DNA of 64,000 nucleotides from Adineta vaga (lineage: Eukaryota > Animalia > Rotifera). The translations under genes were made by a program, and so were the position numbers. Location of the stretch: contig CP075496.1 in assembly GCA_021613535.1 (NCBI GenBank), positions 8,990,001 to 9,054,000 of the forward strand, given 5' to 3'. Under the pieces are notes generated by a model. The model had not been told where the DNA came from. It ran no database searches and worked only from the letters and a program-made list of their open reading frames with translations. This document shows positions 1-12,779 of this stretch, piece by piece (positions within the stretch are counted from its first letter, which is position 1; every line of letters begins with the position of its first letter).

Positions 1-108
1 CTTAGTTTTCTTCTATTTCAATCATTCTAGCTCATGTATATTGAATCAACACAGAAAAAGAAAAGGTCACTCGTCTAAAATCATTCTTCGTGATACATTT
101 TTCATTTG

Positions 109-960
109 TTATTTTATTAATCTATTCTTGGTCATCCAATCAACAGCAAAATCCACTAATAGATGTTGTTTTATTAATCGACATTCCGCTAATCCGACTT
201 TACCTAACTTCGTATTTCCATCTATTGAATCAAATGCCTTGCCAACATCAATAAAATCATCAGCACAATAATCATAATCCATCCATTCAATCCATTCACG
301 TTTGTTTGTTTCGGGATTTATTACTGCAGCACCACATGAACACTTCTTCTCAGCATTCTCATTGATTTGAAAACGATATTCTGCTAAATGCAATGAAGTA
401 TTATTTTTATGTTGAACACCTAATAACAATACGTAGCCATTATTTGTACAATCATATAGACGAGCTAATGGAGATTGTTCGCCACAAGCATCATAATGAT
501 GATCTGTGATCAATTGTGCTTTTTCACCAAGAGCAATTACTGAATAGAGAGGATGTTGACTACGTACCACGCCGGGCCAATGACGAAATGTTTCCGAAAC
601 TTTACCCATTCTAAATGTTGGAGTTATATCAGATTGATAACCTGGTATTGATTGACGAACAGTATCGAACCATTCGAGTGGTATAAATGGATTGATTCTA
701 TGTTTGGGGTCTGAATTATCAGCAGTATGAGATGGCATAATAAGAGTTCCATGAGGACCTAATATATCTAATAATACTTGAATAATAGTAACAGCTCCAC
801 CACAAATCCAACCTATTTTTGATAAAGAACAGTGCACTAATAATGTCATGCCATATGTAATACCAAGTTTTTGAAAATCATCTCTTAATCGTTCAGCCGT
901 TAAACATGTACCAAATGTTTCATGTGTTTTAGCAATTAAGTTACGTTCTTTCTCACTCAT
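109..960 (-). CDS. Aminoglycoside N3-acetyltransferase family protein (AAC(3)/YokD-like), intronless, probable bacterial HGT
   Basis: 283-aa ORF with family motifs LLVHCSLSKIGWICGG, GTLIMPSHT, RSQHPLYSV and LLLGVQHKNNTSLHLAE. Confidence 0.9.
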   Translation of the reverse strand: MSEKERNLIAKTHETFGTCLTAERLRDDFQKLGITYGMTLLVHCSLSKIGWICGGAVTIIQVLLDILGPHGTLIMPSHTADNSDPKHRINPFIPLEWFDTVRQSIPGYQSDITPTFRMGKVSETFRHWPGVVRSQHPLYSVIALGEKAQLITDHHYDACGEQSPLARLYDCTNNGYVLLLGVQHKNNTSLHLAEYRFQINENAEKKCSCGAAVINPETNKREWIEWMDYDYCADDFIDVGKAFDSIDGNTKLGKVGLAECRLIKQHLLVDFAVDWMTKNRLIK

Positions 961-1579
961 TTTCTACAAAAAAAAGCAAATATTTGTTATAATACTGGCT
1001 ATGTGTTGTCTCTCTCATAAATAATTGTGTAGACAACTATAAGAAGACAATTTGAAATAGAGCAAGTGATAATGATGAATTACTCATTGTATTTGTGTTC
1101 TATTTTACTTTTGGGCATTAAATATATAACGAAAAGTGCTTCTTATCGTTTATCTTCAACGCGATTTGATGTGTAAGAATAGAAAAAAAACGTGAGAACG
1201 ACTAGCAATGAGGCAGCATTTATCTTTTGTTTTTATCATAGTATAAAAAAACACATTATTTCATCATCGTAATGAACTAATTTGTCAGTTACGGAAATCT
1301 ATGGTGGAATTTTGATGATTTTTGTATATATCAGGCGTTTAAGTTAGAGATGAATAAATAAATTTAGATACTGAAAATAAGTAAATCATACGAAAACTCA
1401 AATACGATGTTAGAAGATAAGCATCTTTCTGTTCGTAATGGATACGTGTAGAAACAATCAGTCATTTGTACCGAACATACGTCAAATTTCTTTTCGGTTA
1501 TGATGAAAAGGAAAAAGGAGAGAAATAAAAATGTTTACCTATATAAGAAACTCAAACAGTTTCCATCCCATATGAGATA

Positions 1580-2055
1580 CGGAGAATTTTCTTAGAACTA
1601 GTTGATATTCCTTGTTACCATCGAAAGTATTAGCACAATTTCAATTTCTTTTCTTTGTTTGCTAATATCTCGATAGATTTCGTTCCGAAGGTGTCTCTTT
1701 ATTTCTCAATTATCATTATATTTCATCTCAAATCGTTTCTTATGAACAACTCAAATCACATATTGCTTACGATATATCAGTATTTTAGTTTCTGTTAACA
1801 ATACTTCGACATTTTCTACATGGAACATAATAATTGGAAAATGGCATTGATTATAAACAACTGAACGAAACAAGAATCTATGCTGATCCTGTGTCGTTAT
1901 CCAATAGTGGCATTTCTTCAATCAACATCCGAATGTTTACATGTTTGGATAGCTCTCGATATGACGATGTTCTTCTCTTTAATCAACTGATGATCGAAGA
2001 ATTAAAGAATTATATTCGAACAAACCATAGAGCATATCTTAATTTATTAACTTAA
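1580..2055 (+). pseudogene. Possible degraded coding remnant, product unknown
   Basis: Coding-like pieces (IFLELVDIPCYHRK, GT-AG intron at ~1628-1677, FRSEGVSLFLNYHYISSQIVSYEQLKSHIAYDI, then the 1834-2055 ORF) are separated by stops and frame changes. No family recognised. Confidence 0.25.
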
Positions 2056-2740
2056 AAATAAATATTAGAAGTAAAAACTTGGTGTGTATATGTGTATCTT
2101 GTGCTTCGTATATTATTAAAACAGATTAATGATAAAAAGATTTGTTTTGAAGTGATAGAAAAACAAAAAATATCAACATGATTTGTTGATGTATGATAAA
2201 CTTAAGCCAGTTGCCCTCGAAATAGTATCAGAGAGAGAGAGAGAGGTAATATTTAATGATTTTGTATGTCTTCATAAGTTAACGCATTTTCCATGTTCGA
2301 AAATGTTGATATCGTGTTTTGATATTCGTGCAAAATCATTCAGGTTTGTTTATGATATTTCGACCTATATAATATACAATATCAAGTAAATGTGACATTA
2401 AAAATGATGTGACTGATGCTTTCGTTCATCATTTTAAAAATTCAACTATCTCTCGAGATAATCAAAAATAGTCTTCTCACCATTCTTTTTTTCTTGAATA
2501 TAAAGATTCATGTGAATAGATTAACACACGAAACAAGGTGACGAGAGTATATATATAATATTTGCATATTATACTTGCTTAAGAAAAGTATTTACTTAGT
2601 TTATCTAAGAATTAACATTAATCAAAGCTCTTCGGTGCCTATATACATGTTTCCGTTACTTTTGAAAAATGAATGTAAAAAAAGACTTTTTACACAAGGA
2701 TCGAAATTTGTTTTTTTATTTTACTTTTTTAGAAAACAAA

Positions 2741-5700
2741 ATGTACGTTCTCATCAAGTTTTCTTTACTTGTTGGGGTAATACTTAATAGTTGTGTTCAT
2801 ATTCAAACTTTATCATTAGCGAAAACCAACAGCGAGATGAACGTACGGCAAAATCAGGATATACCTACTGTTGAAATACCTGATGTAGTTACAACGGATC
2901 CGAAATATCGTATTGATTGTTCTCCAGATAATGATGAATATGTATCGTTTTGTCAACTTAACCTTTCAAAAAATCGAACGTCACATTTAACACCCGAATT
3001 GTGTGCTGCTCGTGGATGTACATGGGATGCAAATGCTAAAGAAGCTATTCCAACATGTTATATCCCGAAAGAAAGGGGTGGCTATGAATTAAAACAAGGA
3101 CCAACTCAAGTTTCTAGTGCTATGACAGTATACACTTTAACACGACACTCTTCACAATCATCACGATTTTCTATGTTCGATCATGATATTGAAAATTTGA
3201 AAGTTCAAGTTAGTACCTCTGGTCCTGATATGATTCGTATGACAATACGTAATGAAAATGCTGAACGATATGAAGTTCCTGTTCCTATTCAATGGTTACC
3301 ATCAACTTCACCAACTTCAGCTCCAGCTAAAATAAAATTTCAAATGACAAAAACGATCAATAACCAAATAGGATTACGAATTCTTCGTACAGATGATACT
3401 CAATCTCTCCTGTTCGATACAACATTCTTTGCTAATGGTTTTATCTACGATGACAAATTTCTTCAAATCATAACAACAATTCCATCAAGAAATGTTTATG
3501 GTAAGTTTTCTTATAGATTGACGAATGCATCGTTTATATTTTATTGTTATTGTAGGTTTCGGTGAAAATACTCATACATCTTTTCGACATATCTTGAAAG
3601 GTTCACAACGTTATGGAATCTTTGCTCGTGATCAATGGCCAACAGGCGAAAATGAAAACTTATATGGTACTCATCCATTCTATATGGTGATTGAACCTAA
3701 TGGGCAAGCTTTTGGTGTCTTAATCTTCAATTCAAATGCACAAGATTATAAACTTGATGAATTTGATAATGATCAAGCAATGCTTACTTATCGAACAATT
3801 GGTGGTGTTTTTGATATATTTGTGTTTGGAGGATCGACACCCGAACAAGTTATTCGACAATATCAAACAGTAATTGGTAAACCGTATTTTCCTCCGTACT
3901 GGGCATTTGGATTTCAACTTTGTCGTTATGGTTATAATACACTCGATAATATGAAAGCAGCTATGTATCGAACACTCAATGCTAGTATTCCTATTGATGT
4001 TCAGTATGTATAGACTTATATAGATGAATGAATATGATATTTCTTTCCTTCTACTTTTAGTTACGGTGATATAGATTATTTTCATAACCAACTTGATTTT
4101 ACTTGGAATCCAGTTGATTTTAAAGGTATACCAGAATATGTCGATTGGTTACATGCAAATGGCATGAAATTTATTACCATGCTTGATCCAGCTATTGATT
4201 CCGAAGCACCAAATTATTCACCATACACAGAAGGACAAAAAGCTGATGTGTGGATCAAATGGCCTGAACGTCGAAATTTACAATTCAATGAAACAGGCAA
4301 TCGTAATCTTCTTGGATTTGTATGGCCTAATGGTAAGTTAATATCAATTATTTATTGCGTGAATAGAACTTATACTAATTGATTTCAGGTAAAACAGCAT
4401 TTCCTGATTATTTCTATCCGCCAACTATCGATTGGTGGAGAACACACATTCTTGACTATCATAAAAAGTTAAAATTCGATGGTATTTGGATCGATATGAA
4501 GTATGATAAGAAGTTTATTTGCATAATCTATTCTTAAGTGTTTCATAGTGAACCAGCTAATTTTGATACGAATAGAGATAAACCATGGAATTGGCAACGT
4601 CCTGAACCGTGGAATCTTGTTTGTCCAACTGAAGATGAAATTCTAGAAAATCCACCATATAAAACAGCTATTTGTGGTGATTATATTTCGGATAAAACTG
4701 TCTGTATGATTGCTGAACAAAGAGCTGCTGGAGGAAAAGTTTATAATCATTATGATGTTCATAATCTATATGGTTGGTCAGAAACAGTAGCAACATTACC
4801 AATTGCACGTGCTCTCGATAATAAACGATCAGTTGTTATAAGTCGATCAACATTTCCTACTTCAGGTTCAATTAGTGGCCATTGGTTAGGTGATAATACT
4901 GCTGATTGGAAACATTTAAAATACAATATTATTGGCATGTTAGAATTTAATTTGTTTGGTATTCCATATAACGGTGCTGATATTTGTGGTTTCTTTGCAG
5001 ATAGAACAGAACAAATGTGTCAACGATGGATGCAATTAGGTTAGAATTCCTATTTTTCTATACAAACATATAGAAACTATTGATTATGACCATCGTTTTG
5101 TTTTCTTTCTTTTTATTTCAGGTGCATTCAATCCTTTCTTTCGAAATCACAATGGTTACAAGTAAGTAAACAGAAGAAAAGACTAATTTATCCGTACATT
5201 GATCGCATGAACTTTATACTCAAGGAGTTTATTAAAATATCATCACTGATTAGTTTTCTTTAGATATGGACTACATGGTGATCCATTTCTTGATCAAGAT
5301 CCTGCTGCCTTTCCAGAACTTGTTGTAACATCAAATCGTCGAGCAGTTGAATTACGATACACACTTATTCCATATTTATATACCTTATTTCATCGAGTAC
5401 ATGTTTCTGGTGGTACTGTCGTACGTTCGATGGCCCATGTATTTCCTACTACACCCGAATGTTGGTCACTTGATGAACAATTCTTATGGGATTCATCATT
5501 ACTCATAGCGCCAGTTATCTACGAAAATCATCTGAATAAATCTTTATATCTTCCTCCCAGTGAACGATGGTATGATTTTTATTCTGGTGAAGAAATAAAA
5601 ATACTTGGTAATATTACAGTTCCAGCACCGCTTGATTTTATTCCTTTATATTTACGTGGTGGTGCTATTATACCACAACAACAATCAGCAATGAATACGG

Positions 5701-6077
5701 TAGAATCACGTCGAAAACCTCTCTTTCTTACTGTAGCATTGAACTATGATCAGTATGCAGAAGGAAATCTATTTTGGGATGATGGAGAATCTATTGATAC
5801 ATATGAAAAATCGATTTATAATGATTTTGTTTTCACTTATAAATCACAACGTTTAACTCTTGAACCATGGACATATAAATACCCACAAATGGGTAATCAT
5901 ATCAAATTAGAAGATATCAAAATCTATGGAATGACTAAAGCACCAACTAAAATTCTATGGGGAAGACAAGAATTAACAGCAACAACTCAATGGACATTTG
6001 ATAATACAAAACTTGTTTTGTCTATGACTAAATTAGCATTGAATGTCGCTGAATCACATACATTCATTTTTCTTTAA
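2741..6077 (+). CDS. GH31 alpha-glucosidase (lysosomal alpha-glucosidase / maltase-glucoamylase / sucrase-isomaltase-like) with N-terminal trefoil-like domain; 7 exons
   Basis: Signal peptide from ATG 2741; trefoil-like CAARGCTW; NLYGTHPFY; PPYWAFGFQLCRYGY; catalytic WIDMNEP restored across intron 4501-4548; HWLGDN; GADICGF; GAFNPFFRNHN; LFWDDGES. GT-AG introns at about 3501-3555, 4004-4060, 4333-4388, 4501-4548, 5040-5121 and 5162-5263. Confidence 0.95.
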
Positions 6078-6735
6078 GTTCATTATATTTAGACTTATTA
6101 ATCTTTGACAGTGAAATAAAATGAAAGTAAAGTTTCTCTTATTCATGATTATAAAATTGGTTAGAAGAAAAATATGCTAATTGTTGTAACGTTTATAAAA
6201 TTCTATTGAAACTTGACCTATTTTCAGATCTCTCATAGATGAATACGTTCTTTTTTCCATTACTCTTTACAAAACGACAAAAAAGACATGCATAGTTACA
6301 ATTAATTAAATTGATTGTTGACACATTATTTCTGTACTGTGATACGCATGTAAAAAAAATCAAACCAGAAAAGGAAGACAATGTTTCGGTAATAAAAATC
6401 AGTGCTAACATATATTCAACAGTCCAACGACGTGAAGGTAATAGTTAAATGTATTATTTTAGAAGTATTTACATGCAAAGATATACTGTACTTTCGTTTG
6501 TATTCATTAGAAATGATAAGACTTCTTTCTATTATTTGAAAATTTATACTATTTTTCGCTTCATAATAAGAGAAAAAAAGAAATTTTCTTTCTGTTTTTC
6601 TTTGTGTAAATATAAGATTTTAAAATGATCGACGTCACTGGCATACGTTCCTTTTTTCCCTATAACACGGGAAAATTTCTGCTACATACAAAGACATATT
6701 TTTTTCAATCACACTTCCAAATTTTAATTATACAT

Positions 6736-7371
6736 CAGTGATGGGATCGGTTCGTGTTTTTGCAAAATCAAACCGCACCGAATGACTTTTTTTAATTACC
6801 GAACCGAAGTATGTTGCTTGTTCGAAATACTAGAAGTTTCTTTTCTAACTTTCGACTAAGAGACCCATATCAAAAACATCCGTGTTTTTAAGTCTTTTTG
6901 AACGCTTTTTTCGACACCTTTTGCATCTTTTTTATAGCCAAGTTTGAAAAATAATTTAGGCCCATAATCTCCGAGAGAAAGTTTGAACGGAACTGAAAAC
7001 TTGGATATTTAAATTATTTAAAACTCATAGAACACATTAGCAATTACCTTCAAAAATTTTCAGCGATGGTAACATTAGAGACCTTCATGAACTTCTAATA
7101 TGGAAGACGATTACAAAATTCTATGCGGTAAAGAATTATAACTGATCCTTTGAAAAATGATTCGACTGTTGATTTCCGTATCGATAGTGATAAATCAAAA
7201 ATTAACTCCACCTAGGTAACTAATTCGACCGCCAAATAATTTAAATTTTGTTTGAAAATTTTACAATAAGAGAAATCTTTATAAAGAAGCAAACAGAAAA
7301 TAATAACAATTACATATTTCAATTCTCAAATGTGTTCACTTCGGTTTCAAACCGAACCGATCTCATCACTG
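6736..7371. mobile_element. Non-autonomous hAT-like DNA transposon (MITE), 636 bp
   Basis: 19-bp terminal inverted repeats cagtgatgggatcggttcg (6736) and cgaaccgatctcatcactg (ending 7371), one mismatch. Flanking 8-mers ttatacat / ttagacac (6 of 8 identical) fit a decayed 8-bp TSD. Subterminal accgaacc-type repeats; no transposase ORF. Confidence 0.8.
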
Positions 7372-7439
7372 TTAGACACCTCAAGTGATTATAACTTATT
7401 ATTAATAGATAAAAATCTTTATTTTCTTTGTTTAGAGAC

Positions 7440-9011
7440 ATGGTTCGATATATCATACATATGTTTCATTCTTATACAAAAAGAACTTTCTCCAGATATT
7501 ATAGCTTTTCACTGTTTACAATTATTTCTTTTCTCTTTTTTCTCTGGATTATTTTTCATACTGTTCTAATAACATACCGTACGATTACTGTCAAAGAAAT
7601 ACTACAACAATACACAGTTGATATTTCATCATCGTCTGAAAGTAATTCATTATCGTCGAAAAAATTGAAATCCGATAAACGAGGATATATTGCTCTTTTA
7701 TACAGTGGTACTGCAAGAAGTTTTAGTGCTAATTTTGAAAGTCATATTGTTAATTTAATGGCTGGTTGTCCATATACTATTCATCTGTTTTTCCATACAT
7801 ATATAAATGAAAATCATTTTCAACAACAGATTAATGATACTGAATATGCAAATTATCGCTCCGTCAATTCAACTCTTGCTTATTTTGAAGGTTATATAAA
7901 TTTAGATAATGAACATGTTTTATTTCGTGATGCTGTGAAAGCTAATGTATTTGAGTATGTTCTGCCGGAAACTTTACGTCAGATATATAAAGATACATAT
8001 GATATTTCGATTAAACGTTTTACTGGTCATCCACCGATTCCTGGTATTTATTATATGTGGCATAGTCAACGTCGTAGCGAAGAATTACGTCAGAAATATA
8101 TGGATGAAACAGAAATTGTCTATAAATGGACATTTCGAATGCGTCATGATGGTGTCTACTATACAAACTGGTGGCAACGGGCTTTTGACGTAACCATTTA
8201 TAATTCATCGAACTCAATACATCAAAATATAAGTCATGATGTAGCTAAAGATTGGGGTATTTATCGCACTCGACTCTATGACATGATATATGAGCCGAGA
8301 ATACAAATGAATAATACATTTTATATCCCTTTTGGATGGGCTAATGGTGGTTATAATGATCAATTCGCAGTGATGTCTTCGATAAATGCCCATCATTATT
8401 TTATGCGTATATTGCGTGTTGATCGGATGTTACGTGAAGCTATTGTTCATCCTGAAACATCGATTAGTTTAATTGCTCGATGGAATAATATAGATGTGGA
8501 TAATATTAGTGCAACTATATGCTATGATATTGTACGTATACCAACGCATAATTCACTCTTTACGAATGGTACACATCAAAACAATCGATCGTGCAGTTAC
8601 AAAGGAAGTGGACAAGCTGATTGCCGAAGTTTATGCCCTAAGTTAGAAAAGATTAACAAAATATTACGAGACAATTTTATTCATGATACATCTTATTTAG
8701 AGCAAAAGAAAACTCTGAATGACGTGCAAATTCAAAGTTTATTGCTTCAACATCTTTCACGTATAAACGATCGAACTATTTCAATTGATATTCGATCTTC
8801 ATCGTTTTACTATTTCTATCGATATATTAAAGCTAAGAATATCAATGATCCTTGTTTACCTGATACATGGTCAAAAGATCAAGGTAATAATTATGAAGAA
8901 TACAAATTACCATTTATTTTGCGATCGTCTGATTCAAAAATCATTATTCAATACAATAAATTATTAACATGTGGCACATCCGTAACTAATAAATCTCAAG
9001 AAATACTCTGA
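7440..9011 (+). CDS. Type II membrane protein, putative glycosyltransferase-like luminal domain, intronless
   Basis: N-terminal TM anchor and Ser-rich stem, then IALLYSGTARSF ... YKWTFRMRHDG ... GGYNDQFAVMS ... HPE. This motif series resembles uncharacterised microbial/viral 'A-x-x-x-SG-x-x-R ... RxRxD ... NDxFA' proteins. First ATG at 7440. Confidence 0.65.
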   Translation: MVRYIIHMFHSYTKRTFSRYYSFSLFTIISFLFFLWIIFHTVLITYRTITVKEILQQYTVDISSSSESNSLSSKKLKSDKRGYIALLYSGTARSFSANFESHIVNLMAGCPYTIHLFFHTYINENHFQQQINDTEYANYRSVNSTLAYFEGYINLDNEHVLFRDAVKANVFEYVLPETLRQIYKDTYDISIKRFTGHPPIPGIYYMWHSQRRSEELRQKYMDETEIVYKWTFRMRHDGVYYTNWWQRAFDVTIYNSSNSIHQNISHDVAKDWGIYRTRLYDMIYEPRIQMNNTFYIPFGWANGGYNDQFAVMSSINAHHYFMRILRVDRMLREAIVHPETSISLIARWNNIDVDNISATICYDIVRIPTHNSLFTNGTHQNNRSCSYKGSGQADCRSLCPKLEKINKILRDNFIHDTSYLEQKKTLNDVQIQSLLLQHLSRINDRTISIDIRSSSFYYFYRYIKAKNINDPCLPDTWSKDQGNNYEEYKLPFILRSSDSKIIIQYNKLLTCGTSVTNKSQEIL

Positions 9012-9165
9012 TCAAATAGCTTTTGCAGCAATTAAATTATATGTTTTAAGATCTTTTCTCGCTGTCAATATTCGAAATCTGTGTTCAGAAAATAAAACAT
9101 GTCTATATATTAATTACAATTATCGAAATAATAAACAAAAAAGATTGATTCAATCTCGATAAACA

Positions 9166-10516
9166 TTAATGAATCACATCGAGTATCACACATTGTTGGT
9201 TGTCATTGATAGACGAGTCTGTAAATGGAGGAGAACTATTCAATAATTGTTCAGTAGTAAAAATGATTTCATGTCCTTTTCGCGCACCAATATCAGATCC
9301 ATAACGATGCTCAAGTTCTACACGAAAATTTTCTACAAGTGGTAATGATGGAAACATTAGTGATTGATGATAAATTTCCAGAATTCCATATGAAAATGCT
9401 TTTTCTTGCATACATCTACGTTCATTTCGTGTCAGATTATCGATCGTCGCCAAAATCTGAGTCCACCTTCTGAGCAATCTACGATCGGTCCACTCATGAA
9501 AAGCACCGTCTGGTGTACAGAACTTTGGAGCTAATCGATCAATGAATCGACAAAGAAACAGGTTTGTAACAGCTCGAATGTAATGATTCGCATCTAAATG
9601 AATGAATGAACAAATGTTTAAGATTACATGAATAAAAAGAAGATAACAGACATACGTGCAAGATATTGTTCAAATTGTTGTAATCCAGATTTTTCCGGTT
9701 TGATATAAATACGATCACCATGATAATGACGAGTTGTATTAATAGATCGATTTATTAATTTACCAAATAGAATATGAGAAAATTCATTTGGCATACATCG
9801 ATGCATAATATCCATGCCACTAGAAAATGATATGTAATTATATTTAAAATAAATGCTTCGAAATTCTTACTAAGCCGGATAGAGATGCCATCGATCATAT
9901 TTATTACCACGTTCATGAAAATGTGATGATTCATCACCCCGTAAATAGATAAATGGTCTTTGCAAAGAATTTTTCCGACGTAATAACATATTGACTAGAG
10001 ATTTAATTCCATTAAGGGTAAAATAAACAGGACGACGAATAAAACCGGAATGATGTTCATCACTATGTGGTTGAGTGGTTTTTGCTAACATTAATCGAGT
10101 AAAAAAGCGTTCAGTTGAATCGTATAAGACAAACATTCCTGCATGAAATAATTCGAATTATAGAAGGGAAAAAAAGAAATGTCCGTACTGAAATTACCTG
10201 ATAAGAATTGAACCGGTTTACCATTATGATTAGCTTCTTGAAAGAAGAAATGCATAAGTGAGCAAATAGTATGCTCATTAATATCATTAAAAGAATTATT
10301 ATCATGAATTAGATCATAAAAAAAGAGTCGACCTAAGTTAGCTTGTGTCATGTTATATGTGACAGTTGGATGGGAGAGATGATTGGCAGAAGAAACATTC
10401 ATTACATTGGTTTTCATCATTCGACGATATATCCAGATCGAGAATAGAACAATACAACATTGTATAAGCAGTCGTGACGAGAATTTATTTACTTTTATTT
10501 TGTTTAATATTCGCAT
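9166..10516 (-). CDS. Uncharacterised type II membrane protein, 4 exons, ~392 aa
   Basis: Four track ORFs join in frame through GT-AG introns 10197-10139, 9870-9820 and 9655-9594 (1179 nt in total). One N-terminal TM segment. Confidence 0.75.
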
Positions 10517-11127
10517 GATAAATATGTTGAGCTAAAAGAAAGAAAAAAGAATCAATTTAAAGACAAATCTTAACACGTAGACATTTCAATGTGTTCTTCT
10601 ACGTGTACAATTAAACAGAAATGACTCATTGAAAAAATGAAGATAAATCTATTTCATTATTTATCCTTTGAACTCTAGAAAATGGACTATGATGTAAAAG
10701 AATCAGTTCTCATGTCATATGATACTGTAGTATAGTCAGCAGTCAATGACAGACATTGAGAAGGTCAAAATCAAATATTTGCTGTACACGAAGACATGTG
10801 AAGTTTGATATTTTTATTGTGAAGAACGAAAAGAAAAAAAATTCTATTGCGTAATTTCATTCTTTCCTCCTCTGGAAGAGAAGAACGAAAGAAAAAGATG
10901 GCGATGGTAAATATAACATTTAATTTATTTCTATTTTAAAACTATGAATCATTGTACATCACGTAAAAAGAGAGCTTAAAATGATTAAAACATCTAATTC
11001 TCTCTGTTAAAAGAATAAAATAGTTAAATCAAATTCAATGTTGAATAAAATCAATCATATCATGATCATGCAATATAGTCTTAAAAATTAGAAGTTCTTT
11101 GATCAGTGAATTTTTCGTGAATGAAAT

Positions 11128-12173
11128 TTATATACTGAGTGGTGCTATGTGATTTGCTCCAATAAGTCGTTTACGATCTCGAGTCAGATAGATACCAAAA
11201 AGTACATGTCCCAATTGCCGACGAAATCGATTTGATGCACAACAATAGACATAGAATGGTGTCTAAATATATGAAAAATGGATATAAATATAAGTAAAAA
11301 AAACTTTTCAGTCATAATACTCACGGCAAAACTCATATAGAGCAAACATACAGTTACTGAAATCATAAGTCGAATCTCTGCTGCAGTCTCTTCATTACTG
11401 GCCAGATCCGGTGATAATTGAAGAAGATAAGCAATGATATATGGTACATTTGTGATAAGCATAGCCACAGCTTGTAAGAGAACCATGACTGTCAATTGTT
11501 GATCTAATGCGCGTCGAATTACAGGTAAAGCACGATGTCCCATTTGTTTCACATTTCGAAAGGCTAATATTCCAAAAATACATGTTACACAAATAGGCAG
11601 AAGTTTTCCAAATGCAAAACGATTGATATAATTATTAAATTGGCTATAAGGTATATTCGTAATGATACATACCGGTTTTCGTGTTGTAGCCGATACGATG
11701 TAATCATTATAAATTAAAGCTGGAATATTATAACCAATCCAAATGAAGAAAGCTACTATCGTCAAACGATGAGCTATTTTGATACTAGGCCATCGTTGCC
11801 AACGTGGAGAAGCACTTGTAGCTAAATATTGATCAATAACTGCTAGACATAAACAACTTGATGATGTCATTGCGCTAACATGATAGAGATAAAATCGAAA
11901 TTTACAATAGAATGCTGATGTTAGCGACCAATCAATACCATATCCATTTGTCATAATACGACTGAGTAGACCGGACAATAATTGGCAAATATTAACCATA
12001 GACATCATTGTTAAATAAAAAGCACATGAACTTTGACGAAATGTTTGCAAATTAAGAAATATGATAATATTGAGAGATTCACCAAGACAACCTGCTATCA
12101 TAATAGATATACCCCAATAGATAGTTATTTGTTGTCCAATAAAATCGAGTGATAATATATATGATGATGGCAT
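11128..12173 (-). CDS. Rhodopsin-like (class A) 7TM GPCR, 2 exons
   Basis: 7 hydrophobic segments; FYCKFRFY; IDQY (DRY-like); LDQQLTVMVLLQ. A phase-0 intron after ...MSFA restores TPFYVYCCASNRFRRQL, ending at TAA 11128. Confidence 0.88.
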
Positions 12174-12779
12174 TTTCAACGAAGTTTTATGTGTTTTGAC
12201 TAGTAAAATAGTTTTTTAAATAATGAATGTTTATTCATAATATATTTCGAATGTAAATTAGATATAATTAATATGCACGATTGCACAACTTTGAACATTA
12301 AAGTATTAGTTTTAATAACAGATTTGTTCGCCGGGTTTTCTCTTCTTCTATGTGATAAAAAAGACCTTTTTTCCATAGAAAACTTACGCTCCAACTGGTT
12401 TATTCTCTATATTTATTATAGAAACATATTCTATTGCGTTCTATCGAGCATAACTAGGTTTTATAAATATTCTACATTGTACTTTATTTTTTCTAAAGTT
12501 TTTTTCAGTATTCATTGGAAAGTTGTTGCATATATCCCGAGTGCTATCAGTATAATGACAATAAATTGAGTAATCTTTCAATTTTACTTCTAATTAGGCA
12601 AATGTGAAGTATTGTTTGAACTTAATAGAGAAGAAAAATTTTTACACTGCGGTGCAGAGATATTTAACGTTTGGAATCGATCAATTTCTTCAAAGTTTTA
12701 ACATCATCATAGTGGATCAGAATCAAACTTATAGTACCCTATTCAACACAGAACAACGAGTATCGCTTTCATGTTGTAC

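Noticed and set aside
2669-6077. Five separate glucosidase fragments
   Set aside because: They are exons of one GH31 gene.
9166-10516. Frameshifted pseudogene suggested by staggered ORFs
   Set aside because: Three canonical introns join the pieces in frame.
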